Shown here in pieces: positions 1 to 10,809 of a stretch of 64,000 bases of DNA (its first letter is position 1; the number at the start of each line of letters is the position of its first letter). Under the pieces are notes generated by a model. The model was not told where the DNA came from and did not search any database. It saw only the letters and a list, made by a program, of their open reading frames with translations. Source of the stretch: an uncultured delta proteobacterium (GTDB lineage Bacteria; Desulfobacterota; Binatia; UBA9968); contig CAVTUQ010000037.1 in the NCBI GenBank assembly GCA_963737905.1, positions 32,001-96,000 on the forward strand, read 5' to 3'. The position numbers and the translations under genes are program-made.

Positions 1-443
1 CAGGCAGCCAAGTCAAGATCCGCCGAGCGATATTCCCACGCCTCGTACATGAGCGGAATCACCGCGGTCGGTTTCATCCACTGCATCATCGCAGCATCAA
101 TCGGGCGAAGATGGCCGCTATTCGTTATGACATCGGCTTGAGCGACGATCCCAGCGGTTTTTTCAGTAACTATCTCGATATGCGACTCTACGCCCGCAAC
201 TCGGGCTAGCTCATAGGTTTGGCCAGCAATGTTTTCAACCGTGCCGTACTGGGTTGTGCGGGTCATTGCAAAAACCTGTCTCGCTCCTGCCATAGCAGCT
301 AGGACGGGTGTCACCATGTAAGCGCCTGAAGCCGCCTCTGTAAGAACAACCGCATCGGAAAGATCAAGTTGGCAGCGCTCGATCGCTGCCTCCATGAGAT
401 TAGCAAGACGTCGACGGTTTAGCCCTGGAAGAAAATCGCTCAT
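1..443 (-). CDS. Conserved hypothetical protein of polysaccharide clusters (N-terminal part; runs off window edge)
   Basis: Read by hand from ATG 443, which overlaps the stop of the DegT gene (ATGA): MSDFLPGLNRRRLANLMEAAIERCQLDLSDAVVLTEAASGAY...NSGHLRPIDA...LMYEAWE; open to position 1. Confidence 0.7.
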   Translation of the reverse strand, partial: MSDFLPGLNRRRLANLMEAAIERCQLDLSDAVVLTEAASGAYMVTPVLAAMAGARQVFAMTRTTQYGTVENIAGQTYELARVAGVESHIEIVTEKTAGIVAQADVITNSGHLRPIDAAMMQWMKPTAVIPLMYEAWEYRSADLDLAA

Positions 444-1552
444 CCGACACGAAGTCTAGCTTTAGGTTGAATCGTGGCGCGCGCGACTTGCTCCTGTTGT
501 TCCAGCGTGAGCTCGGCAAACATCGGCAACGACATTACCTCCGCTGCTGACTGTTCCGAGCATGGAAAGTCGCCGGATTGATAACCTAAGTCCGCATGAG
601 CTTCTTGTAGGTGTACGGGAATTGGATAGTGAATTCCGGTCTGGATCCCTTCAGCGTTCAATAATTCCTGTAGCAAGGTCCGTTGTGTAGTGCGGATAGC
701 GTACACGTGGTAAACATGACGCGCATATGACATTTCGTGTGGGGTCTGAATACCGTTATCGGATAACAGATCATGATACCGGGACGCGTTTTTTCTGCGC
801 GCTTCGGTCCACGCTTCCAGATGGCGCAGCTTGACGCGCAATATAGCGCCCTGCAAACCATCCATGCGATAATTGTACCCCATCAACGCATGCTCATACT
901 TTCGCTTCTGGCCCCAGTCCCGCAACATCCGGATGGTATTGGCATAGTCGGGATTGTTCGTTGTGACAATGCCTCCCTCCCCGTATGCGCCAAGATTCTT
1001 ACCGGGATAAAAGCTGAAGCAGCCGAAATCGCCGATCGCTCCAACCCGACGGCCCTTGTAATCCGCGCCATGGGCCTGAGCTGCATCTTCGATCACCACA
1101 AGGCCACGGCGCCGGGCGATTTCTAAAATTGGACCCATGTCAGCAGCCTGGCCATAGAGATGCACCGGTAGGATGGCTTTCGTTTGTTTCGTGATCGCGC
1201 GCTCGATCTGACGCACATCCATGGTGTAGGATTCAGGGTGAATGTCGACGAAAACCGGCCGGGCACCGGTGTAACGAATGGCTGCCACAGTGGCTACGAA
1301 AGTGAAGGGAACGGTGATGACTTCATCACCGGGCCCAATATTGGCTGCCAATAACGCGAGGTGCAGCGCGCTCGTGCCGGAGTTGACAGCTATCCCGAAA
1401 CGCGCGTCGCAGTAGGCGGCGAACTCCTCTTCGAAGGCGCTGACTTCGTCACCCAACACGAACTGGCCGCTTTCCAACACAGAGGCAATGGCAGCATCAA
1501 TCTCGGGCTTAATGCTGCGATATTGGGCTTTCAGATCGACAAACGGAACCAT
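440..1552 (-). CDS. DegT/DnrJ/EryC1/StrS PLP sugar aminotransferase (WbpE-like)
   Basis: VPFVDLKAQY start, NSGTSALH, IEDAAQAHG, FSFYPGKNLGAYGEGG motifs. Confidence 0.95.
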   Translation of the reverse strand: MVPFVDLKAQYRSIKPEIDAAIASVLESGQFVLGDEVSAFEEEFAAYCDARFGIAVNSGTSALHLALLAANIGPGDEVITVPFTFVATVAAIRYTGARPVFVDIHPESYTMDVRQIERAITKQTKAILPVHLYGQAADMGPILEIARRRGLVVIEDAAQAHGADYKGRRVGAIGDFGCFSFYPGKNLGAYGEGGIVTTNNPDYANTIRMLRDWGQKRKYEHALMGYNYRMDGLQGAILRVKLRHLEAWTEARRKNASRYHDLLSDNGIQTPHEMSYARHVYHVYAIRTTQRTLLQELLNAEGIQTGIHYPIPVHLQEAHADLGYQSGDFPCSEQSAAEVMSLPMFAELTLEQQEQVARATIQPKARLRVG

Positions 1553-1574
1553 ATATTTTTACTCCTCCGGGGTA

Positions 1575-1814
1575 TTCACCACAGAGACCCAGCGCGGCAG
1601 AGCCGCAACCAAAATCGAAAGGAACATTGCACCACGAAGGACGCGAAGAGCACGAAGGAAAAAATTGAAATGTAATACTTTCCGAATTCTTCGTGTCCTT
1701 CGTGCGCTTCGTGGTGACGTGGTATTTACTGCTTGATTCAACAATTTGGAACTGGTGCAAAATTTGCGCAAGCTGCGAAAACTCTCAAGCATAGTAGTAC
1801 AGAGTTCGCAGAGT
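1575..1814. repeat. Nested foldback repeat: family A containing family B (1588-1800) containing family H (1630-1717)
   Basis: TTCACCACAGAGA | CCCAGCGCGGCAGAGCCGCAACCAAA...CACCACGAAGGACGCGAAG...CTTCGTGGTG...TTTGCGCAAGCTGCGAAAACTCTCAAGCATAGTAGTAC | AGAGTTCGCAGAG; same architecture inverted at 35769-36021. Confidence 0.8.
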
Positions 1815-1852
1815 AAAATTCCGCAATTCGAATTTCGAAATTCGAATTTTTT

Positions 1853-2875
1853 TTACTCGTTATCCCAACTCAGCTCCAGTGGCCGGCCACGCTGTGCCAA
1901 CGAATGACTTGCCGCCTCCAGTGTCCGCACCACCCGCAGCCCTGCATGACCATCGGTCAGCGGCTCTCGACCCTCGTTGATACATTCCAAGAAGTGCAGC
2001 GCTTCGACCCCGAGCGCCTCCGCCATATCTAATTGTGGCGCCCACATATCGCCGGTCCGGTAATCCACGAGCAATTGGTACACTCCTTCCGGACCATTAC
2101 TCAAAGTAATACCCTTATTGTATATTTTTACTTTTTCGCTGGGCTCGAGATCGTCATACACAATCATTTGTTTACTGCCGCCGATGAGCGTGCGGCGAAT
2201 CTTGACCGGAGCTAGCCAGTTAACATGAAAATGCGCGATTAAATTGCTGTCGAAAAAGCAAGTCAAGTAAGCCACATCCTTCGGTTGACCCGGCACATGG
2301 GCGATACCCGTAGCTGCGACAGCAGAGGGCCGAGCCCCCAGCACGTAATCCATGATCGAAAGATCATGAACCGCCAAATCCCAAAGCACGTTCACGTCAT
2401 GCTGAAATAACCCGAGATTCACTCGCACGGAATCATAATAGTAAAGCTCACCCAATTGAGAGCGACCCATGAGTTCTTTAATTTTTCGTACAGCCCCGGT
2501 GTAAACGAAAGTATGGTCGACCATCAGAATCCTTTTACAACGCTCGGCCTCTTCGATAAGTCGTTCACCTTGCTCGACGGTTGCTGCCAGCGGTTTTTCT
2601 AGAAGAACATGCTTTCCGCCGTGCAGAGCCTTCATGGCGAGGTCAAAGTGGGTGGATACCGGCGTTGCAATCGCAATCGCATCAATGGACGGGTCTTTAA
2701 GCAGGTCACGATGATCGGTCGTGGTCTTGATCTGCGGGTAGCGACTTTGCACCAAGGCAAGCCTTTCAGGACGAAGGTCGCTCACGGCCACTACCCGCGC
2801 TCCGGGAATCTCGGCAAAGTTGCGAACGAGATTCGGTCCCCAGTATCCGTAGCCAATGATTCCGATATTGATCAC
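1853..2875 (-). CDS. Gfo/Idh/MocA NAD-dependent oxidoreductase (WbpB-like sugar 3-dehydrogenase)
   Basis: GxGxWG Rossmann start, HVLLEKP, DLAVHDLS; lies between acetyltransferase and DegT genes. Confidence 0.92.
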   Translation of the reverse strand: MINIGIIGYGYWGPNLVRNFAEIPGARVVAVSDLRPERLALVQSRYPQIKTTTDHRDLLKDPSIDAIAIATPVSTHFDLAMKALHGGKHVLLEKPLAATVEQGERLIEEAERCKRILMVDHTFVYTGAVRKIKELMGRSQLGELYYYDSVRVNLGLFQHDVNVLWDLAVHDLSIMDYVLGARPSAVAATGIAHVPGQPKDVAYLTCFFDSNLIAHFHVNWLAPVKIRRTLIGGSKQMIVYDDLEPSEKVKIYNKGITLSNGPEGVYQLLVDYRTGDMWAPQLDMAEALGVEALHFLECINEGREPLTDGHAGLRVVRTLEAASHSLAQRGRPLELSWDNE

Positions 2876-3372
2876 AGCTTAGCCTCCCTTTGTCTTACGT
2901 CGCCTATTACTCTGGACGGCACGCCGGCGACGATACCGTAGTCCGGCACATCACGGGTCACGACAGCCCCCGCGCCAACCAGCGCCTTTTCGCCGATTGT
3001 AACGCCACACATGATCACCGCACCGCTTCCGACGGAAGCCCCCCGTTTAACCACTGTTGGTACAACTTTCCAGTCGACTCCCGTCTGTAAATGGCCATCT
3101 GAGGTCGCCCGCGGATAGCGGTCGTTGATGAACATAACGCCATGGCCAACGAAAACCTCATCTTCGATTGTCACTCCCTCGCAAATGAAGCAGTGCGTTG
3201 ATATCTTGCATCGAGCGCCGATTTTGGCATTCTTCTGAATTTCCACGAAGGCACCGATCCTCGTTTCGTCACCGATGCTGCAACCGTAGAGATTGACGAA
3301 GTCATAAATTGTGACATCACGGCCGAGTTTGACGTCTGGCGCAATCCGTTGAAATCGCAGCGTATCTTCCAT
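2872..3372 (-). CDS. Hexapeptide-repeat sugar N-acetyltransferase (WbpD-like)
   Basis: Left-handed beta-helix repeats, FINDRYPRA, GAGAVVTRDVP, GVPSR. Confidence 0.92.
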   Translation of the reverse strand: MEDTLRFQRIAPDVKLGRDVTIYDFVNLYGCSIGDETRIGAFVEIQKNAKIGARCKISTHCFICEGVTIEDEVFVGHGVMFINDRYPRATSDGHLQTGVDWKVVPTVVKRGASVGSGAVIMCGVTIGEKALVGAGAVVTRDVPDYGIVAGVPSRVIGDVRQREAKL

Positions 3373-3384
3373 GGCTAACTAGAT

Positions 3385-3618
3385 CTGGAACAGTTCAAAA
3401 CGTTCAAGGCGTTCAAAAGGTTCAAGCCGCTAAAGAACCTCGCTTCAAGATCGTAGAAAAGAACGATATGTGTTTCGAATTGGAGCTAGGCTGGCACGTT
3501 GTTACAAATTCTACTTACGGGCAGTCAATCTCTAATACGCAAGGGTCTACTTGGCTTTGGCAGTTGCGTTCGGCTCGGTTTCTCTCAACGTTTGGAACGA
3601 TTTGAACAGCTGGAACGG
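3385..3618. repeat. Family C: inverted arrays of ~9-bp GTTCAA units
   Basis: GTTCAAAACGTTCAAGGCGTTCAAAAGGTTCAAG on the left, TTGGAACGATTTGAACAGCTGGAAC on the right; similar arrays at 5488-5503, 34333-34372, 35617-35643, 45113-45240. Confidence 0.7.
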
Positions 3619-3645
3619 ATCCGCCTAGCGGGCAGTCCATGAAAT

Positions 3646-5454
3646 TTATTGGATCTTGTAGATCCGTAGGATCGGACCGGCAATATCAGCGGATGGAGTA
3701 AACTCTTTGAGCAAGAACTCACGCTCGTCCAGAGCCTGATAGAAATTACGATACTTCGCAGCCATTTGCGGATGCAGTTTTGCGGTTTCGCCGTTGAGGG
3801 AGTAATTGCCTGTTGCGTAACTGCTCGTTATTGCATATTGCACACCCATAGGAATGTATTCTCCCAAATCCAACACCTCAGGCTTTGCTGCTCCCGAATC
3901 ATGAAGAATTTGAATCACATCGTACCCGGGCTGATGGTCTAAGGTGCGTAACTGCTCACGAAAATATGCTGTTTCACCAGAATAACCTGTGCGACGCGTC
4001 CCCTCTCGCGAGGCCAAAGCCCTTCCATTAAGCGATTCACTCCTTGTGATGAACTGTTCCACCGTCCAGCGACTCAGACGCAAAGGCGGTCCGAATGCGC
4101 CGAGGTAATATTTTCCACTATCCATCAACACCTTAGAACCAGGCGGAATATTCCTTTCGATCCAATCTTTTGCCATCACACGCGTGTCCGGCATGGTCAT
4201 TCGATAGCCCGCTTGAAAGGAAGCCTTCGCAGGTACGGCGATGAGGAGGACCGTTGCAAAGCTGAGTGTCACTGACTGAAGGAGGCGCGAGCGAAGGAGC
4301 CCGCTTACTAGACCTACCAGCAATGACGCAGAGAGAATATACATCGGCGCGAACGCAATCAGCATATGATGAGGCTCTTTGACGGTAAACAACATAAGGA
4401 ACCCGCCTAAAAAAACAGGCATGCTGAACAGGATCAAATCAGAAGGCCGCCGCCGGAAAAGCGCATAAATTAAACTAATAAGAGCCAGACAACCCGCCGG
4501 GACACCCATGGTTTTGATCAAAGAAGCGAAAGGAAAAAAGACTCCTCGTACCCACATGCTTCCATGATAATAAGCGCCTCCAGTGCTGCTGAGATCCCCG
4601 ATGAAAGTTCTCCAATCCAGAACCGCGAATGGAGTGCCAAGAATGAATCCGAGGAAACAAACCACAATCGCGCTCACTAATTTTGCGCTCAACAAGCGTT
4701 CAGTTGACAGATTTTTTCTTGAGAAATCTCGCCAGTGCAAAGTATGCGCTGTCACGAGCGATATCAGAACTGCTCCGGCATGGTAGACGGTTGAAGCGGC
4801 CAATCCAGAAAAAAAACCGGCCAATAAATAATGCCGCCATCTATTACGGTTCTTGGCATCATAAACAGACCAGGCATTTAATAAGGCCGCCATAACGAGG
4901 AGACCGGCGGGCACGTGGGTTTTGGCATAATGTGAAAACTCCACATGCATGATGCTAAAAGTTAGGAAGACGGCTGCAATCAGTCCGACCCTATGATCGT
5001 AGGCGCGTCGCCCAAAGACATATACGAGCGCTACGGTGGCCACCCCACTGAAGGCCGCAATAAGCCGTCCGGGTAAATAAAAGAGTGTGGCATCATGGAA
5101 AAATAGCCGCACAAAATCGTCTGTTGAAGAAAAAACTCCGGCCAACCATCCGAACACATAGCTCGTACCGTACACAAAGGATAGCACATACATGTACAGC
5201 GATGGGTAAATAAAAAAATGCGGATTCAGATCACCGGTCCCGAACGCTACTGCGTGATTTACAATCAGCGCCTCGTCGGGATAAAAAACATAGGGTAGGC
5301 CCCAATTAATTCCTATCAGCCGAACCACGAGAGCCACTGCCAGGGTCATTGCGAGTATTCCCAAATCCAATCGGCGAATAATCGCGGTCGTTTCGCGCGA
5401 AGAAGCCGCAGATGTCTTAATGCGGTTTAGTTGCGTGGCAGACTGTGTATTCAT
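3646..5454 (-). CDS. ArnT/PMT-like (GT39/GT83-type) integral membrane glycosyltransferase
   Basis: GLPYVFYPDE loop after first TM, many TM helices, soluble C-terminal domain. Confidence 0.8.
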   Translation of the reverse strand: MNTQSATQLNRIKTSAASSRETTAIIRRLDLGILAMTLAVALVVRLIGINWGLPYVFYPDEALIVNHAVAFGTGDLNPHFFIYPSLYMYVLSFVYGTSYVFGWLAGVFSSTDDFVRLFFHDATLFYLPGRLIAAFSGVATVALVYVFGRRAYDHRVGLIAAVFLTFSIMHVEFSHYAKTHVPAGLLVMAALLNAWSVYDAKNRNRWRHYLLAGFFSGLAASTVYHAGAVLISLVTAHTLHWRDFSRKNLSTERLLSAKLVSAIVVCFLGFILGTPFAVLDWRTFIGDLSSTGGAYYHGSMWVRGVFFPFASLIKTMGVPAGCLALISLIYALFRRRPSDLILFSMPVFLGGFLMLFTVKEPHHMLIAFAPMYILSASLLVGLVSGLLRSRLLQSVTLSFATVLLIAVPAKASFQAGYRMTMPDTRVMAKDWIERNIPPGSKVLMDSGKYYLGAFGPPLRLSRWTVEQFITRSESLNGRALASREGTRRTGYSGETAYFREQLRTLDHQPGYDVIQILHDSGAAKPEVLDLGEYIPMGVQYAITSSYATGNYSLNGETAKLHPQMAAKYRNFYQALDEREFLLKEFTPSADIAGPILRIYKIQ

Positions 5455-5752
5455 TGCTTTTTAGCAGGCTCTTTCAGCAGCTTGAAGAGTTCAAAGAGTT
5501 CAAGAAGACAGGCTCAACCTAGAGGTCTAGGAGGGGCCAGGAAAAGTGCATTATGCGAACAGATCGAAGAGTAGGCAGAAAGTTAAGCTAACTCAACAAT
5601 TACTAGTCGCCCGAAGATCGGTCCGCCATAGGGGATGAAAGACCGTATGATCCTTCAGACACTAGTGAAGGAGTCACAACTAGGCTGGATTTAAAATGGT
5701 CGTGCTGTCAGCTCGAGTAATGAGTCCCTCAACAACCACTGTTCTGAGTTCC

Positions 5753-5786
5753 TCGAAGTGCTCAGGACAGACTCTGAGCACTTCGA
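5753..5786. repeat. 13-bp stem-loop downstream of beta-helix gene (terminator or REP-like)
   Basis: TCGAAGTGCTCAG-8 nt-CTGAGCACTTCGA. Confidence 0.55.
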
Positions 5787-5830
5787 AGGCTGAGCGGGAT
5801 GGGTCTTTAGTTTTCTATTTATGAGCCAGA

Positions 5831-7426
5831 TTATTTCTGCTGAGACACATTGAGATTTATTGGTGACGATGGCTTCGTAACAGAAGAAGTCGTTTGAGAA
5901 GAAGATGAGGAAGAAGCAACCGTCCCTCCAGCCGCATAGCCCGCAGGGAAGGAGCAACCATTTGTATTCACATTAAGCCTTTTGTGCACATCAAACGCGG
6001 AAGAGCCCGCGATGTCATTGAGCCCAGCCACCATAGCGCCGTGGGGAAACTCCCCAGTTACCGGATCCCAAAGCGGTTGATTTGTTAGCGTGCCATTCTG
6101 ATAACGATAAAGAACATTCGCGCCGATGTCCGATCCGCCTGCACCGGCGCCTTTCATTGGAGAGCCATCAGGAATCCACGCCCTGCACGTTCCGAGTAAT
6201 GGGTTCGTCGTACTTGAACGGGTATTGATGGTGCTGCCGCCCGAAATTAGATAATTCGAACTGTTGTTGAAGGTCACCGTGTAATCGTAAGTGCCGGGGC
6301 TTTGATTTATGGCTTGATATCCATACCCTGCGCCATTCACTACGAGTATATTGGTAGCGGTAAAAGACGGGACCACCGAAGGGCAGCTGGAATCCGTCGT
6401 CATGAGGAAAGAGCCATTAGCTGACACAGTATTACCGATGACCGTAACGTTGCTCACTGTGCTGTTTACTCCACTCTTCATCACAAACTGTCCTCTATCC
6501 GGAAGGGTGTTATAGATCACCATGTCCTTAACTGTGGTGTTATTTGGTTTGCGCGTTAGATCGTTAGTGCGGCATTCTTGGAAAAATCCCAAATCGTTGA
6601 GGCTGATATTACCGAACCATTTGTTATTGTCGGTCGTGCCGTAGTCCGATTCCATATCAAAACCGCTGGCGCTCTCGGAAATATTATTCTCAATGACGTT
6701 ATTGCTGCTCGGATACAGTACAATACAGTTTCCAGCAACTTGGCTTAGGGTGAGTGGCCTTAAGTTGCAGTAGTTTCTTCGAACGAAGTGACCACCTGTG
6801 CCCCCATTTCGTTGAGTCAGATAAATTCCATGCCGGTGGAAGTCAAATAGTTCGTTTTCTTCAATCGTGTTCCTTGAGCCGTCTGCAACCACCAGCATAT
6901 GCACATTGTTATTTTGGTTATTGTGCTGAATGAGATTACGCCTGATAACGGTATCGGTTACAAAATTAAAGACCATATTGCCTTGGTTGCCACCACCCCC
7001 GTCCTGGTTAGATATTCTAAGCCCTTCAACGCGCCACCAACTACAGTTGGTCATTATAAATACATCAGGGCCGGAACCTTGGAGATGCGCTTGTCGCTCA
7101 TTTTCAGCGCTGATGGTAATCGGGTTTCCTGAAGTGCCATTGCTCGCACCTGCTGCGCAGCTGATGTTGGGATATCCGCTGTTCGATCCATTATAAGTGC
7201 CGTTTCTAAGAATTAACGTATCTCCCGCGCGCAGCTTGGGGATCGCAAATCCAAAAGTCTTCCACGGAGAGGCTGAATTACCAGAGTAGGAATCGGATCC
7301 GGTCGGAGAGATAAAATATGTCGCGGCATCGACTTGTGATTTGATTATGCTAGTTGCAAAAACAACAGCGAGCGTGAAGAAAACATTTTTTAACGAACTC
7401 ATCGTATATCGGGTTTTGTGACTCAT
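5831..7426 (-). CDS. Secreted right-handed parallel beta-helix protein (pectate-lyase-like/DUF1565-type)
   Basis: Signal peptide ending VDA|ATYFISPTGSD, PWKTF..LRAGDTLILRNGTY, Asn-rich beta-helix repeats, S/T-rich tail. Confidence 0.8.
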   Translation of the reverse strand: MSHKTRYTMSSLKNVFFTLAVVFATSIIKSQVDAATYFISPTGSDSYSGNSASPWKTFGFAIPKLRAGDTLILRNGTYNGSNSGYPNISCAAGASNGTSGNPITISAENERQAHLQGSGPDVFIMTNCSWWRVEGLRISNQDGGGGNQGNMVFNFVTDTVIRRNLIQHNNQNNNVHMLVVADGSRNTIEENELFDFHRHGIYLTQRNGGTGGHFVRRNYCNLRPLTLSQVAGNCIVLYPSSNNVIENNISESASGFDMESDYGTTDNNKWFGNISLNDLGFFQECRTNDLTRKPNNTTVKDMVIYNTLPDRGQFVMKSGVNSTVSNVTVIGNTVSANGSFLMTTDSSCPSVVPSFTATNILVVNGAGYGYQAINQSPGTYDYTVTFNNSSNYLISGGSTINTRSSTTNPLLGTCRAWIPDGSPMKGAGAGGSDIGANVLYRYQNGTLTNQPLWDPVTGEFPHGAMVAGLNDIAGSSAFDVHKRLNVNTNGCSFPAGYAAGGTVASSSSSSQTTSSVTKPSSPINLNVSQQK

Positions 7427-7485
7427 GCAGACTCCTAAGCTACTATTTTGTGAGGTATTAGAGCAGCTAAGAGCCCATCAGCAAC

Positions 7486-7500
7486 GCAACTTTTATACCA
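7486..7500 (-). promoter_or_regulatory. Sigma-54 -24/-12 promoter for beta-helix gene
   Basis: Minus strand TGGTATAAAAGTTGC (GG-N10-GC), 60 nt upstream of ATG 7426. Confidence 0.7.
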
Positions 7501-7625
7501 CCTTATTATTCTAAAAAAAATCTTCAGCTTTGTCAGATTCAAATCTGTTTTGACCTATGTTCGTCAAAAAAAGCAACAATTTTGTACAGAATAGGGCAAA
7601 AAGTGCGAAGGTATTGTGTTTTCTC

Positions 7626-8773
7626 TCAGCTCTGGACCCGTTCCAAATTTCGAGGCTCCAAGAATAAGAGGTCTCTATATAAACCCAGCAACTTTGTCTT
7701 CTCGTTGTTCCAATTGAACCGGGAACAGGCAGCTTGTTGACCCTGAAAACCCATGGCCTCGGCCTCTTTGGGATGTTCCAATAACCATATAATCGCGTGT
7801 GCAATGGCCTCCGGATCAAGCGGGTTAACTACTATTCCGCATCCTACTTCTTCGATGATTTTTCGCCATAGCGGAAAATCCGAGGCAATGAGCGGAATGC
7901 CGGCAGACATATAGTCAAATAACTTGTGCGGTTGTGCCTCCGTGTGGTTGGGAACCGGATGATACAAGACTAAACCGATTCGGGATCGCCCAAGCAAGGC
8001 TGCTACTTCCTCCCTCGACTGCCACCCGACGAACTCGACACTTTCCCAACCCAGCAACCGCTTACTTCATCCTCCAAGTGAGAGGGATGGAACTTACACG
8101 CCAAAACCAACTTAGCCGGCAAAATTTTAGGGACGAGCGCCATCGCTTGCACCATTTCCTTTGCCCCTTTGATGGGAGTGAGTTCTCCCGCATATGCAAG
8201 CAAAAAAGGACGTTCAGCATACAACTGCGATACGGGCGGTAACGGTTCAGAAATAACGGGGAAATTTTGTACCGTCACTGTCTTATTCGAGGGGAACTGT
8301 TTCGCTATACTTGGAGTGGCCGCAACAATACCATCGAAAAGGCTAGACCCGAGGCGCTCGATCAACCATGCTAACCATGCGATTAAGTTTCTTACTAAAC
8401 GCGGAATATGATCTTTATTCAATATATCTTCCGACAAGTTTTCGTGCGCGTCGTACACGACCCGCTTCCCGAGCAGTTTCAACAGCATACCTATAGGAAT
8501 CAGTTCTGAATCATGGAAGTGGTAGAAATCTGCGTTTTCACGAAGCGATGCCCTAAAAACTTGCCACGTAGTCTTGAATGTACGTTCAAGGCGGCTCTTT
8601 GGTTTAGGTACCGCCCAGATCCGCACGCCATTGACTACTTCACTTCGCTCGTGGGGCACAATTAATACCGTCTCATAGCCTGCTTCATTGAATGTCACGC
8701 ATTCCTTATAGAAGACACGGACATCGAATGGTTGATGAACGGACGTGAGGTGGGCAACTTTTGTAGTTTTCAA
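7626..8773 (-). CDS. GT4 glycosyltransferase (frameshift near 8050, probably sequencing indel)
   Basis: ORF 8003-8773 ([14 protein letters not shown]) continues in ORF 7626-8057 ([13 protein letters not shown]). Confidence 0.85.
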
Positions 8774-8893
8774 ATCCTCTTCCTTTAAATTAAGTGAAAT
8801 TAATCAGGAAAGAGTTCATCGAGTGAAGGTTAATACCAGCATTAGCTGTATGCCGGCTCATACAAAATCGCGAAAGAATAGAGGAGAATATTC

Positions 8894-10802
8894 TCATGAC
8901 TGCACCCCGGAAGAACACATCCAAAGCGCTACGGAAAGGCAACGCCAAAACCAATGTTCGCCGCCTCGACCCGAATCTATATTGGACAATAATCTGTTGC
9001 CTCTTAAGGGGAGAATTATGAGGAAGATTATCTAACCATTCGGAGATCTCCGGCCGGGCGGCTTCAACCCAGCGCCCTTGGGGTACCTCAAATCCTCTCT
9101 TTCGGCAACACCATACGACCTTGGCCGGGAGTAAGTCTTTCATTGCGACCCGCAAAGCGTATTTGGTCCAACCATTTAGAACCTTCCAATCTAAGGGTAA
9201 ACCCAGACCCAATTCGACAAGGTCAACCGAAAGGAGAGGAACTCTAGCTTCGACTCCGAACGCCATGGAGTTACGGTCTTCGAAACGAAGAAGCTGCGGC
9301 AGGCAAAACCGGGTCAGTTCGCCGACTTGCAGATCAAGGACGTTTTGCTGATTATTGTACATCTTATCTGCTACTTCAAATCGAGCTTGTCGCAGAAAGT
9401 CTTCTTCAACGAGCCCTGCAATCCGCTTCTTATTACGCCACTGGACTAAAGCGGGAGACGCAAAAAAGACATTGCTAAAAAGAATATTGGTTATTGACTG
9501 CGATGCATTATGTCTTAAGCTACCCAATTCATGAAATCCTGATGAAATCCTTCCCTTGGAAAGGTGCTCTCCGACCACGCGCATGGCGACACGTGGATAA
9601 CCCAAAAAAACTTCATCTCCGCCTTGACCGTCGAGCATAACCTTGAGCCCCAAATCGCGCGCATGTTGCATAACTTTCCGTTGACCCAACATCGACAGAC
9701 TTGGGAATGGCTCGTCCATTCCTTGGATCATTTCCCAAACATCCTTAGCCGCTTCTCCTTTTCTTGATTCGACTGTTTCCCAACTCACATTGACGCGCTC
9801 CGCAGTGGCGCGAGCCAGGTCAGATTCGTCGCCCTCGAAATTGGTGTTAGTCAAGGTCAAGGCTTTAAACGCAGAGGCATTGGAACCTAATATTTCTCCG
9901 ACGCTAGCCACTACACTGCCCGAGTCGAGTCCACCGGACAGGCAACTTCCCACCGGCACGTCGGACCGCAATTGCCGGCGCACGGCAACCTCTATCTGAT
10001 CACGAACCAGGGCCGGAATGTCTAAATTTTTTCCTATACTGTGCTGCCGGGGCTTCCAAAAAGGACGAGATGCCGAAGCAGAACCAGCGGAGTCAACTTC
10101 GAAAAAATGGCCTCCCTGTAGCTGTCTCACCTCTTGATAGCTCGTACCCTCATCGTGGTCAGAAATGCCAAGAACCAGGAATTCAGCGACGTGAGCTTTG
10201 TCCACGCTTCCGCGTATTCCCAACCCGGCGAGAATTGCACGCGGTTCTGATGCAAAGAGAAATACGCCATCTTGCTTCGTGAAGTAGAACGGCTTAATGC
10301 CCATCGGGTCGCGAGCACACAATAACTTCTTCGCCTGTATATCCCAAAGGGCGAAGGCAAACATACCGTCGAGGCGCTGGAGCATGTCGACGCCCCATTG
10401 TCGATATGCTTCCAAAAGAACTTCGGTATCGGTTCTGGTTCGAAACTCAACAGTTCGAGAGAGTTCCTCACGCAGTTCGATGTAATTATAAATTTCCCCA
10501 TTAAAAGTGATGCAATAGAGGCCATCGGCGCTAAACATTGGCTGCCGGCCGTTCGGACTGAGATCCAGAATGGAGAGGCGCTGGTGACCTAGAGCAAGGC
10601 GTGTGTCCGGTGATTCGATCCACTCTATATGCCCATCGTCACCAACTAACGCGTCCGGCTGAAATCCAAAGAACGTCATTCCCCAGTCATCCGGCCCTCT
10701 GTGCTTAATCGCGTGCAACATAACTGAGAGACGATCCCGAATTCTGGACCGAAGCAGTTGGTTAGCGTTGCTACTTTCTATGAACCCGGCAATGCCACAC
10801 AT
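8894..10802 (-). CDS. asnB: Asparagine synthase-like glutamine amidotransferase (WbpS-like); frameshift near 8985
   Basis: MCGIAG, HRGPD, NGEIYNY, LSGGLDS, GQGGDE, DRNSMAFGVEARVP; alternative frame gives WRCLSVALWM and stop at 8894. Confidence 0.9.
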
Positions 10803-10809
10803 GTGCTAT

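Noticed and set aside
1361-1792. Short ORFs over intergenic repeats (also 27644-27962, 29224-29612, 35692-36202, 44255-44520)
   Set aside because: They are translations of foldback repeats, giving recurrent LRVLRALRG/AASPR peptides; no independent coding evidence.
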